A model generated the notes under the pieces. It saw only the letters and a program-made list of their open reading frames with translations, was not told the origin of the DNA and did not search any database. A stretch of DNA of 63,468 nt, counting the filler, from Octopus bimaculoides (taxonomy: Eukaryota): NCBI RefSeq assembly GCF_001194135.2. It is 6 parts of 5 records of this genome, joined end to end, with 100 filler letters (N's around TTAATTAATTAA, not from the genome) between each part and the next. Parts side by side here need not be neighbours in the genome. Positions count along the whole stretch, not along the records: positions 19,781 to 35,426 come from NC_068998.1; positions 35,527 to 56,419 come from NC_069008.1; 4 more parts are not named here. One strand, 5' to 3'. Position numbers and translations under genes: made by a program. Shown here piece by piece: positions 26,788 through 38,199 of the stretch. The stretch's first letter is position 1, and the number at the start of each line of letters is the position of its first letter.

Positions 26788-27148
26788 GGTAGGATATAGT
26801 TTAATCGGACTAATAATACTTGCTCACGACGTCTCGACCGTGTATTCTATATCCATTCTTGAAAATTTTATTTTGAAGACGGTAAAGTATGCATTGAGGT
26901 GTTATGATTTGTTAACATTTCACACAACTAACGAACAGCAGTATTTGATGATGTCGATGATGCTGATGATGATGATAAAGAAGAAGAAGAAGAAGAAGAA
27001 GAAGAAGAAGAAGGAGAAGGAGAAGGAGAAGAAGAAGAAGAAGAAGAAGAAGAAGAAGAAGAAGAAGAAGATGATGATGATGATGATGAAAGTTATTTAG
27101 TTGAATCTGGGAAAATTATAAAGCGAAAGACGACCGTTGATCTTTCTC

Positions 27149-27182
<34 letters not shown>

Positions 27183-27678
27183 TTTCTTTCTTTCACTTTT
27201 TTTGAGCTGAGGATGTAGAGACAAACACCGTTGCTGCAATTTTATCGTCATTTTAGTATTGGACAGTATTGATTTCTTACATAGGCATAAGGCTGCCATA
27301 TCTGGAGGTGGTAGTGGTGGTGGTGGTGGTGGTGGTGGAGGTGGTGGTGATGATGGATACATAGTCAATTACATTGATCCCAGTAGCCAACTGATACTTA
27401 CTTTATGAAATCCGAAAGGATGACAGGCAAAGTTGGCTTCGAGAGAACTTGAACTCGGAACATGAAGGCGTGTTATTAAATACGGCAAGGTATTTCCTTT
27501 GAGCACTAAAGATTCCACCAAGAAATAATTTGTAAGGGGTAAAAAAATGACAGAAGCTTGAAGCAATAAATAGAATAATTTATTCCTTAAAAAATATGTA
27601 TGTACGTTGTACGTATGTACATATGTATGCATGTATGTATGTATGTATGTATGTATGCATGTATGTATGTATGTTATA

Positions 27679-27718
<40 letters not shown>

Positions 27719-28378
27719 NNNNNNNNNNNNNNNNNNNNNNNNNNNNNNNNNNNNNNNNNNNNNNNNNNNNNNNNNNNNNNNNNNNNNNNNNNNNNNNNNN
27801 NNNNNNNNNNNNNNNNNNNNNNNNNNNNNNNNNNNNNNNNNNNNNNNNNNNNNNNNNNNNNNNNNNNNNNNNNNNNNNNNNNNNNNNNNNNNNNNNNNNN
27901 NNNNNNNNNNNNNNNNNNNNNNNNNNNNNNNNNNNNNNNNNNNNNNNNNNNNNNNNNNNNNNNNNNNNNNNNNNNNNNNNNNNNNNNNNNNNNNNNNNNN
28001 NNNNNNNNNNNNNNNNNNNNNNNNNNNNNNNNNNNNNNNNNNNNNNNNNNNNNNNNNNNNNNNNNNNNNNNNNNNNNNNNNNNNNNNNNNNNNNNNNNNN
28101 NNNNNNNNNNNNNNNNNNNNNNNNNNNNNNNNNNNNNNNNNNNNNNNNNNNNNNNNNNNNNNNNNNNNNNNNNNNNNNNNNNNNNNNNNNNNNNNNNNNN
28201 NNNNNNNNNNNNNNNNNNNNNNNNNNNNNNNNNNNNNNNNNNNNNNNNNNNNNNNNNNNNNNNNNNNNNNNTATATATATATCGTTATTATTGTTACTTT
28301 TTCCTTTATTTTCTTTAAATTGTTAAGAGTTCCTTGTAATGTTAGCGTATCTTTACAGGTTTAGAAATCAGAAGTCCT

Positions 28379-29464
28379 TCAAAGTTCTATATCTGTCGGT
28401 AACGCTTTTACAAAAAGGATTTCGTTAGGTGTGCTGAACTTATACTTCTGAGGGCAGGATGTGTTCTGAATGTTTTTGTCTGTTAACACTTTACCGTCCT
28501 TCATGTAACTCTTTTTGCTTTTTGTCTGGCACCAAGTTATCAATTTGTCAATCACGGGCGTTTCTTGCTGAAGAATTTCAGCAACGCCCCGAATTACAAT
28601 TAAACCATACGATAAATATTCTGAGATTCGCTCTTCTAAATCTGGTGTGTATTCTGACTTTCTCCTATCTTTTTTCATTGGGTGCTTAATGTCTCCCCAT
28701 ATCTTACAAGTTTTCAATGTTGTCAGTAAGCTACTGCTGTCTCCAATGCAGTCTTTAAATCCGGCAAACCAGTCTTCTATTCCTTTATAGTCGTTGATTT
28801 TCACTTCTGGTTTGCTTGTTTTTATAGCCTGGACGATTTTAGAACATTCTTTAGAACAGTTTGAAATCATTTCGGCTGTCTTTTCGCTGACGTCTTCAAA
28901 CAACCCCACTTCACTTTCCAGCGGCTTTTCGTCCCATTCACTCCATCTTCCGAACAAAAGACAGCATTCAAGATATACGAAGGGCGAGAGGAGTACAGAC
29001 ATAAAGTTAAGAGAATTTTGAAGCGCGCAGTCACCGCCAATTATTAACTGCAAAATTGACAGTGGCCCACGTTTCGGGGGAGATGTCCCGAACAGAGTGG
29101 AGGTTACAATCGATGCTACTGTCACCTTGACATCAATTTGAGAACCAAATTTGACTTGTTCGCATATCCAAGGACACATCTCTAAGTTAACGATGGTACA
29201 TTGTTCACCAAGCTCTTCGAGACATGTCCGACACTGATATTCAAAACCTGATCTGCCAGGTACACCTATGATAACTGTTCTCTTTTTAATGTATTTCTTC
29301 ATGGCTTTTAAATAATCCTGGAAATTGTTTGGAGAAGAAGACAGTATGATAACATCACTTTCAGTGACGAAATCTCCTGCTTTATCCGTTATTGTTCCAG
29401 GTCTTCCTTTTTCGGGATACATAGAACCGTCTTTTCTTGGAAAATTGACCACCATTGTTGCATC
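28379..29464 (-). CDS. Opine/octopine dehydrogenase-like protein, coding exon 2 (361 aa; joined protein 412 aa)
   Basis: Acceptor TTTCAG|GAT at 29465/29464, in phase with exon 1. Open frame with family motifs GFEYQCR, EMCPWICE, LFGRWSEWDEKP, CSKEC, HPMK, YGLIVIRGVA, DKLITWCQ and TSCPQKYKF. AATAAA on the minus strand at 28305-28310, about 70 nt after the stop. Confidence 0.93.
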   Translation of the reverse strand, partial: DATMVVNFPRKDGSMYPEKGRPGTITDKAGDFVTESDVIILSSSPNNFQDYLKAMKKYIKKRTVIIGVPGRSGFEYQCRTCLEELGEQCTIVNLEMCPWICEQVKFGSQIDVKVTVASIVTSTLFGTSPPKRGPLSILQLIIGGDCALQNSLNFMSVLLSPFVYLECCLLFGRWSEWDEKPLESEVGLFEDVSEKTAEMISNCSKECSKIVQAIKTSKPEVKINDYKGIEDWFAGFKDCIGDSSSLLTTLKTCKIWGDIKHPMKKDRRKSEYTPDLEERISEYLSYGLIVIRGVAEILQQETPVIDKLITWCQTKSKKSYMKDGKVLTDKNIQNTSCPQKYKFSTPNEILFVKALPTDIEL

Positions 29465-30599
29465 CTGAAATATTAAATAATAAAATTGTCTGTTAGAAAA
29501 TATACTTACAAAACAAACAAAAAAAGCTAATAGAAAAAAATCAGAAAAGAAAATTTGTTATTAGCGACAGAAGCAGTATTGGTTCAGAATAACATTCTGT
29601 ATATCTTACTCAACGTAGATATACTATAGAAAGCCACAAAACTACAGTATTCGTCTTGAGAATACTAAAGTGTTTTGTGGCTTTCTATAATATATGAACG
29701 TTTAAGTCAGGTATATAGAAATAAAAATCATTACTGTAATCCAACATTTTTCCTCAGAGTTACTGTCGTTGCTACCTTGTGTAAATTAATAACACAAGAT
29801 TTCCAAATTGGTGACACTAACCTTGTGGATTCTTCATCGGTATCGACGATGAGCATCCAATTATCGAATAATTGAATTCTTACATCTGAAATTAAGCAGT
29901 GAACCACTTCGTAATTTCACAGACATAGATATCCTTAATGCTTTAACACTAGAGTCAGGTCGAATCAGCGTCTCACGCTATGATTAGCCTAGATCTTTGA
30001 ATTGCATGTGCAAGCCAGAAAGAAAAGGGAAAAACTAACAAATTTCAGTGCTACATTGACATTGTTTAGCAACCACGAAATGATGAAAGGCAAAAATGAC
30101 TTCGGCGAGACTTGAACTTTGAAACGCATGGAACCAGAGTGAATACTGCTAGGTATCTTGCGTGACATGATGACGATTTTAGAAATTCATCCCCTTACGA
30201 ACTCTTACAACATTAGAGAAATATATGATTTCCCGAATTGACAAAGTTATCTCAGATTAAATTTTCGAAAATTGTAAATTTCATTTTATTTGCCTTGAGA
30301 AACAAAATTCTGCCCTTTCGAGTCTGACTCTTCATTTTAGATATTTAAAGAAGAGCAACAAAAATTCAATAGGTTATAGCAGTACGTACGTTTCGTACAA
30401 ACTTCATTTATTCATGTAGTGAGAACACTACATAAAATGTGCACTGAAAATGTACTCCTCACCTGCATAATGGAATCTCATTTTAGAAAGTCATTTTGTA
30501 GATGTGTGCAAAAACACGAGTAGGAGAAGAAGAAAATACCATCTTGACTGGGCTGCCATTCAACAGTCTAGTGAATCAAACAAGAATTTAATTTCTATA

Positions 30600-31300
30600 T
30601 AATCTAATTGGAGGGGTAAGATAGTAGTAATTTCAATTTAGAGGAAGGTAGATTAAGTAGTAATGGACAGCAGGTTAGGGGTAAATCAAGCAAGAAAAAA
30701 AGAAATACTTCAACTGTTAACATAGTTGATGAGATAAATCTTCCTAGCTCAACCAATATCAATTGCATATCCAGTAATACAACCAACAATATTGATATAA
30801 CCAATTTAGATACTTGTATCAATAATCAACATAGTTATATATATATAGCTAATAATCCCCTTGATTGCAATTGTAGAATTAAAGCCCACTGCCCGATATC
30901 TGGTCGTTGTTTAGCCCGTAATGTGGTCTATAAATGTATAGTAGCTACTCCAACTAATAATTACATTTATGTTGGTTACACAATCAACCTTAAACAGCGA
31001 TTATACAATCATTTTTCCTCGTTTAGACTTAAACATAAGGCCAATAGCACATCATTATCTAATAAAATTTGAGAATTGAAGGAAAATGGTATCGATTTTA
31101 ATCTTAAATGGGAAATCGTCAGGAGAGCACAACCCTATAGAAATAGTAGATACGACTGTGGACTGTGCTCTATGGAAATTTATGAAAATTTTAAACTTAA
31201 GGATAATCCTAATCTAATTAACAATAGATCCTAATCTAATTAACAATAGATCTGACCTTGTCGGAGGAACAAATGGTTGTCTTCCATAAGAAACATTGCT
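30600..31300 (+). mobile_element. Penelope-like element fragment (GIY-YIG endonuclease), in intron 1
   Basis: From 30866: CNCRIKAHCPISGRCLARNVVYKC...YIYVGYTINLKQRLYNH...NSTSLSNKI*ELKENG...WEIVRRAQPY...CGLC. In-frame TGA at 31070-31072. Confidence 0.88.
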
Positions 31301-31590
31301 CTGGTGAGTGATCTTTCAGTTGTGGATACAATATCATGTACAACGATCGACGGAGACCAAGAAGATCGTCACTTTATTGCCGTGTCTATTGGCTGAAAGT
31401 CGCACGCACGTACACACTTACACACACATACGTGCATAAAAGCACACACACACAAACATATTCAATCACTCGCACAAACAAGCGCACAAACACATACGTA
31501 CAAAGGGTACCGAAAAGACAAACATCGATTACACCTTTGGTCATAGATGGAGCAATATAGTGATCAGAGTCAAAGGCGCTCGTCTGTATA

Positions 31591-32499
31591 GGGCATTCCT
31601 ATAAGTAGGTTATCTCCCTTGGCTAGGCGGCGCTCCATGTAGATAATTAAACTTCCGGAGGCTACCCACGCCATTGTTATTGTTTTACGTCTTATCATGG
31701 ATATAAAGCAGCTTGATGATTCAGCTATCGAAGTACTTACTGTGCCTGAGTTAAAGAAATATTTAAGATTATATGGACAGTATGTTACTGGAAGAAAGGC
31801 GGACTTGACTGAAAGGTTGAAAGGAATAAAAATTCTGTCGATGAAGAATGTCAACAAAGTAAATTCATCGGACGATAAGTCTGAAGTATCGGACGATACT
31901 TCAGACAGGAATAAGCAGAAGNNNNNNNNNNNNNNNNNNNNNNNNNNNNNNNNNNNNNNNNNNNNNNNNNNNNNNNNNNNNNNNNNNNNNNNNNNNNNNN
32001 NNNNNNNNNNNNNNNNNNNNNNNNNNNNNNNNNNNNNNNNNNNNNNNNNNNNNNNNNNNNNNNNNNNNNNNNNNNNNNNNNNNNNNNNNNNNNNNNNNNN
32101 NNNNNNNNNNNNNNNNNNNNNNNNNNNNNNNNNNNNNNNNNNNNNNNNNNNNNNNNNNNNNNNNNNNNNNNNNNNNNNNNNNNNNNNNNNNNNNNNNNNN
32201 NNNNNNNNNNNNNNNNNNNNNNNNNNNNNATTTTACCACGACAGACACGTACACAGCACCGAATACCACGATGTGAGTGAAAGCTGCTCTCACTGTATTG
32301 TCCGGTGTCTGGTAATCCCTTCGATACCGACATCAAACCAAAAAAAGAATCCTGACCACAGAGTGTGGGTAATTATGTCAAATGTCACTGGCAATGTGCA
32401 TTCAGCTGATTGCAACTGTTAAAGCAAGTCACTGAGCATGCGTACATGTCATACGGGAGAGTTCCAATCAGGGGTGGATAACACCTTATAGGAAAGCCT
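31591..32499 (+). mobile_element. Internally deleted Kolobok-type DNA transposon carrying a SAP-domain plus truncated SWIM-like ORF, inside intron 1 of the dehydrogenase-like gene
   Basis: Imperfect TIRs (GGGCATTCCTATAAGTAGGTTATCTCCC vs reverse complement AGGCTTTCCTATAAGGTG-TTATCCACCC) with TATA on both flanks (31587-31590, 32500-32503). ORF from 31697 has SAP-like LTVPELKKYLRLYGQYVTGRKADLTERL; after the gap, VWVIMSNVTGNVHSADCNC ends at a stop. Superfamily assignment is by domain and terminus resemblance. Confidence 0.7.
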
Positions 32500-32554
32500 T
32501 ATACCAACAGCAATAGCAGCAGCAGTAGCAGAAACAACAGCAACAACAACATAC

Positions 32555-32707
32555 CTTTGCTTTCAGAGTAGTTTTCCAGTTCTCCGCTGCTTTGCTTTCT
32601 GTGGCAAAAACCGTGACTTCCATGTTAGGTCTTGACGAAGCCAATCCTGCTATTAGTTGGGAAGTAGGATTACTTCCACACACCGTAATCTTCACTGGGC
32701 TACCCAT
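32555..32707 (-). CDS. Opine/octopine dehydrogenase-like protein, coding exon 1 (51 aa; N-terminal Rossmann strand-helix)
   Basis: Translates MGSPVKITVCGSNPTSQLIAGLASSRPNMEVTVFATESKAAENWKTTLKAK, resembling the N-terminus of molluscan octopine dehydrogenase (VKVCVCGGGNGAHTLSGLAASR...). Phase-0 donor AAG|GTATGT at 32555/32554. A polypyrimidine tract plus AG at 32714-32713, just upstream of the ATG, implies an unseen 5'UTR exon. Confidence 0.88.
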
Positions 32708-32984
32708 TGTACCTTCAATGAAACAAGAAAAGAAAAAAAAAAACCAACATATTTTATTATTAGATCTTGTTCCTGCTATTTAGAAAAGTAACATTAACAA
32801 TCCTCTCTCTGCTAATTAAGACAGAAATATTGGTCTCAAATTTTGCCGGCAATATTAAGTCGGTTACATTGACCCCATTGTTCAACTGGTACTTATTTGA
32901 TCGACCGCAGAAGAAAGAAAGGCTAAGTCGACCTCGGTGGCTTGCCTAATACATACATACATACATACATACATACGTACATAT

Positions 32985-33015
<31 letters not shown>

Positions 33016-33023
33016 AATATATA

Positions 33024-33231
33024 CTAGCAGAAATACCCGGCGTTGCCCGGGTTAAAGAGAATAATGAAATCTAAAAACGCCGTCTAGACTACGCATCATC
33101 TTTATATATAGAGATGTATATACACACACGCACCCAAACACACGTATATATATGTATTTCAATATAAATATATGAAAGTCAATGAAGTTTCGTAAAAGAA
33201 GGTGACCATGTACATACTTTCTTGCTGTTGT
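33024..33231 (-). mobile_element. Second copy of the same Helitron 3' region, truncated by a gap
   Basis: Near-identical reverse complement of about 19926-20134, with hairpin CCCGG-GCAACG-CCGGG and CTAG|T. Confidence 0.88.
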
Positions 33232-34224
33232 NNNNNNNNNNNNNNNNNNNNNNNNNNNNNNNNNNNNNNNNNNNNNNNNNNNNNNNNNNNNNNNNNNNNN
33301 NNNNNNNNNNNNNNNNNNNNNNNNNNNNNNNNNNNNNNNNNNNNNNNNNNNNNNNNNNNNNNNNNNNNNNNNNNNNNNNNNNNNNNNNNNNNNNNNNNNN
33401 NNNNNNNNNNNNNNNNNNNNNNNNNNNNNNNNNNNNNNNNNNNNNNNNNNNNNNNNNNNNNNNNNNNNNNNNNNNNNNNNNNNNNNNNNNNNNNNNNNNN
33501 NNNNNNNNNNNNNNNNNNNNNNNNNNNNNNNNNNNNNNNNNNNNNNNNNNNNNNNNNNNNNNNNNNNNNNNNNNNNNNNNNNNNNNNNNNNNNNNNNNNN
33601 NNNNNNNNNNNNNNNNNNNNNNNNNNNNNNNNNNNNNNNNNNNNNNNNNNNNNNNNNNNNNNNNNNNNNNNNNNNNNNNNNNNNNNNNNNNNNNNNNNNN
33701 NNNNNNNNNNNNNNNNNNNNNNNNNNNNNNNNNNNNNNNNNNNNNNNNNNNNNNNNNNNNNNNNNNNNNNNNNNNNNNNNNNNNNNNNNNNNNNNNNNNN
33801 NNNNNNNNNNNNNNNNNNNNNNNNNNNNNNNNNNNNNNNNNNNNNNNNNNNNNNNNNNNNNNNNNNNNNNNNNNNNNNNNNNNNNNNNATTATATAAAAT
33901 TTTCGTTTCAAATTTTGGCACAAGGCCAGCAATTTCGGGGGAGGAGTAAGTCGATGACATCGACTCCAGTGCTTAACTGGTACTTTATTTTATCGACCGC
34001 GAAAGGATGAAAGTCAAAGTCGATCCCTGCGAAATTTGAACTCAGAACGTAAAGACGGACGAAATACTGCTAAGCATTCTGCTCGACGTGCAAAAGATTC
34101 TACCAACTTGCTGGTTTAAATTAAAACAGAAATATTAACAAAAGTATTACCATGGCAACATAAAATAACCACTCTACATCGCAAAAAAAAAAAAGATACG
34201 CGTCACAAAGTCTGGTCCTTTTTG

Positions 34225-34745
34225 CGATGTGGAGGCACGATTACCTCAGTGACCCTGAGAGCTATGCCAGCGGAGTGCAAGCTCCTTGTAGGGTCTCCCA
34301 TGCTGGGCAGGTCAAAAAACAGAGGCCAGATTAATACGAGTCACATCTTCACAGAGATAAAATAAAATGGTTTGAGCAGGGCCGATACTCCTACCTAAGA
34401 AAAAGCAAAGTCATGGAGGCATCGATGACAAATCAAAACTAAGAAGACTTGGGAGAGAAAAGCCATACATCGAAACGTATGACGCAGTGCAGTAAAATCT
34501 GGAAGGAAGAATAAATCTTGAAGCGCAAGTGGGGATGGGTAGGTCACACCTTAAAGAAACCAAGATCCTGCATTACATGTCAGGCCTACGTTACAACTGG
34601 AACCGACAAGGAAAGTGGAAGAGAGAACGCCCTTGAAATACTGAGGCCAGAGCTGAAAAAGCAGGAAGTCCAGCTGGAAAGAAGTAGAAAAGACAGCTCA
34701 GAGTCGTCGATAGACTATGTCCATAGGGTGCGAAGGACTTAAGTA
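34225..34745 (+). mobile_element. Bipartite non-autonomous RTE derivative (5'UTR joined to 3' coding end)
   Basis: RTE-type 5'UTR (GACCCTGAGAGCTATGCCAGCGG...AGGGTCTCCCATGCTGGGCAGGTC) joined to KRKWGWVGHTLKKP. Sister copy at about 25205-25600. Confidence 0.7.
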
Positions 34746-35390
34746 GTAAGTGAACTGATACACTTGAAAAAGGACGCTAGTCTAACCCAGATACCTTTCC
34801 CGGATGGTCTTCTAATTATTTACAACAACTGCTAAATGAACTAAGTATTTTCCATCCCTTCTCCCAACCCTCGCTTTTTCCAATTTACCAGCATTCTTAT
34901 TGGTAATTCTATAATTGTCCTATCTCCTGGGTTTTTTTCTCTCTCTTCCTCATTTTTCAAATTTATCAGCGTTTTTCTTGATTATCTTCTCGTTTTGACT
35001 GTTGTTCAACACATATACATGTTCGTCTGATTAATTATCCCTCATTCTCCACGCCAACTACATTCTCTACGCTAACCACATTCTCCACTACCGTCTTTAG
35101 ACATCTAATTAGTCACACTTTTTAATTTAAAGAACAAACATGCAAAAGCTTTCACAAAGTGTGCTGCTCAAAACGTTAGATAATCCATCTTCTTCGCAAA
35201 AAACCACTGATTCTTCACTTTTGAATTGTTTATATTCACAAATTACCGACTCAAGCCATCACCAGTTTTCTCAAATCCTATTGCTTACTTTAGTATTAAT
35301 CTATGCAGGCCAAATACATTACAAAATCTTCCCCTCTCTCTCTCTCTCCCTCTCCCCTCACTCCCCCCTCTAGTTATCTATCTATCTATA

Positions 35391-35426
<36 letters not shown>

Positions 35427-35972
35427 NNNNNNNNNNNNNNNNNNNNNNNNNNNNNNNNNNNNNNNNNNNNTTAATTAATTAANNNNNNNNNNNNNNNNNN
35501 NNNNNNNNNNNNNNNNNNNNNNNNNNGAGTAGGTTAATTTCTAGAACTGCATGCTGACCCTTGAATAAATATCTAACATCTGTTGAATTTCATTATCATT
35601 TCCATCGACAAAGAAGTTCTCTCCTTCTGTCGCATGCTGTTTTAGAAAAAAAAAACCCGTGTGTAAAAACAAACAAACACGTGTGTGATTTATTTATAAA
35701 CAGCTAAAAGAAAACACATTTCAGAGTAGTACGGACAATACTGGGAAGTCGTTCAGTTATTTCCCATGAATATTTTTTGTTTTCTTTTTTTAACTCCCTA
35801 AACTTGAAGATTACCAGGTTAGGGTAAGTGTTACGGTTACAGTTTTAGGGTCAGGATTAAGGTTTTAGGGTTAGGGTTTAGGGTTATGATTTAGGGTTAG
35901 TGTTAGGGTTAAGTAATCGTGCGGATGTTAATTCGCAAAATTACCAAAATGTGAAAACTACCGACCCTGCCA

Positions 35973-36520
35973 TCTATTATAACTTTTGTTGTTCTGTTTA
36001 ATATATACATAGGTTATGCCTCCAAAGAAGAGAGCTTGCTGGGGAAAGAAAGCAACCGGTTTAATAAGACAGTAACAGACTGCAGCAATTCACCACATTC
36101 CAGAAGCTACTTTGAACATAATGCAAAATGGTGCATCAACATCTTCTGCCCAATCTGTTAGAATTCTGGCAAAACTGTGTAGCAACAGATCGCCAGCAAT
36201 TGCTTCATCAGAAATTGCCGTCCTAACTCCTGCGAAAAAGGATTACCCTGCTATGTATAATCAGGGCAGTGCAAAAAGTTGTTTTGCACATATCATTTGT
36301 ATAGCCAATTAGACAGATGAAATTTACATACGATTAATAATGTTACGCAAAACAGCCTTCAAACTTGTCCTTTTAATTTCGTCTTTTGAATTACGAACAT
36401 ATTTACATCATAAGTGTTTTTTCGTTGTAAGTCTTTCTTTTTTAGTTGATTTTCACCTAGCAAGACTTATCGTACATGGCGTAATAAGTCACACCCGGAC
36501 AACGTCGGGTTATACTGCTA

Positions 36521-36521
<1 letters not shown>
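35973..36521 (+). mobile_element. Non-autonomous Helitron (about 550 bp)
   Basis: A|TCTATTATAA at the 5' end; CCCGGACAACGTCGGG hairpin then CTAG|T at the 3' end. The 5' boundary is inferred. Confidence 0.6.
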
Positions 36522-36606
<85 letters not shown>

Positions 36607-36629
36607 GTATATGTATTTATATCCTGCAC

Positions 36630-37830
36630 CTGCAGTAATGTTATGTACTGCATCTCTTACTTTCTCTGTCCTTCCCTATACATTGGTCAAATGGAACACT
36701 GCTTGACTGACCGGTTCACAGAACACCTCCAAGACATCAGACTTGGCAATGACACCCTGGTCTCATGCCACTCCCATACTACTGGTTATTCACTACAAGT
36801 TCTTTCTGTGTTCAGACTGTCTGTGCAGGGGCCACCCGGACTATCGCCTTTGCCATGAACAGGAATTAATCTTCTCCTTTTGTTCCTTTGCACCATATGG
36901 GCTCAACTCACTGCCTCTCTACATCTGACACCAACCCCACACAGATTCCCACACACCCACAAACACCTTCTCACTCCCCATACCACACACCCTTATCGAC
37001 ACATCCACACTCTATTACCCATACACCCACACACACTCTTCAATAGTTTCTCCACACACACCACTATATGAGCACACCTACTCACTGTTCAACTTAGTAC
37101 GCACACAAAACATCCTCATGCACATTCCTACACCTACACAAGCACATAATGCCTAAACACAGACAATATATACACACATACGCAACACATATAAACTCAC
37201 ACAACACGCATAGACAGACAACTTTTTGCCAAAAACAGTATATACACATGCACACTATATGGTCACAGACACACACACACAAGTGCACACACCACCTGAA
37301 CAAGCATACATCAACTTCTAAACACAAACGTTTGCATACACATGCACATGCGCACACACACACACATACACACACATATAACATGTCTATATGCATACTC
37401 ACATATAGACACGTCCATACATGCACACACACACACACATACATACCTGTACATGTAACACATATTACCCAACATATTTTTCAGCTTGCCCACATACACA
37501 TACTCACTCCCCTATTCACATATACACGCCCCATTCTCACATACACACACTTGCATGAGAGCGAATTTGTTTGGCCGAGTCACTGTTGTTATCTCCCTTT
37601 CATTCAGCCTCTTTCTTTTGGCTATTTCATTATGTTGAACCGTTAATCCCTACACATCTTTTCTTACTCTGTTTTTTTTTTCATTCTCTCTCCTTTTCTT
37701 CCTCTTAATTCTTTCTGTTGAAGAGCATAGGCAAAAAATGTAAAAGACTTTTCCATTCTTCCTGAGCATTAAACTAATACATCAGCTTGTTCCTACATCT
37801 GTCTTCGTCTTTTGTTTTCTATAAATTTGA
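36630..37830 (+). mobile_element. Penelope-like element 3' fragment (GIY-YIG) followed by pseudo-LTR-like tail
   Basis: [25 protein letters not shown]...EQELIFSFCSFAPYGLNS, then a CA-rich tract. The segment at about 37700-37800 is homologous to the repeat at 18137. Confidence 0.75.
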
Positions 37831-37870
37831 ACTATATATATATATGTATTTATAAGTAAATTTATATATG

Positions 37871-37911
<41 letters not shown>

Positions 37912-38199
37912 ATATATTATATATATACATACACATATGTGTATAATATATGAATGAAAATCTCCCAGACAAAGTCTCCATCATCATAATTTAGCAAATT
38001 AGAAATACTTTAATTTCCAACCACAATGGACCATACTATGTGCTAGAATGCACCTTACCACACTACACTCCACCCCACTACCCCATCGCTAACCATCAAA
38101 GCTGTCTTTTTTTGCTTTGTTTTCCCACTGAACTAAATACAGAAATAGATCTGGTCTTGGAATGGTCCGGGGATGCTTGGCGGTGAGACAACAACATAA

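Noticed and set aside
27600-28364. Long ORFs of 200-340 aa in the track (also near 33050, 41120, 44075, 52040, 60330)
   Set aside because: They run through N gaps and TA microsatellites and are not real coding sequence.
32592-32783. Plus-strand ORF overlapping exon 1 (similarly 28459-28689 and 28794-29021 over exon 2)
   Set aside because: Antisense shadow frames of the dehydrogenase-like coding sequence.
35526-35700. 5'UTR exon and TATA box for the dehydrogenase-like gene
   Set aside because: TATAAATA on the minus strand near 35690 is suggestive, but any donor would fall in the gap; unsupported.
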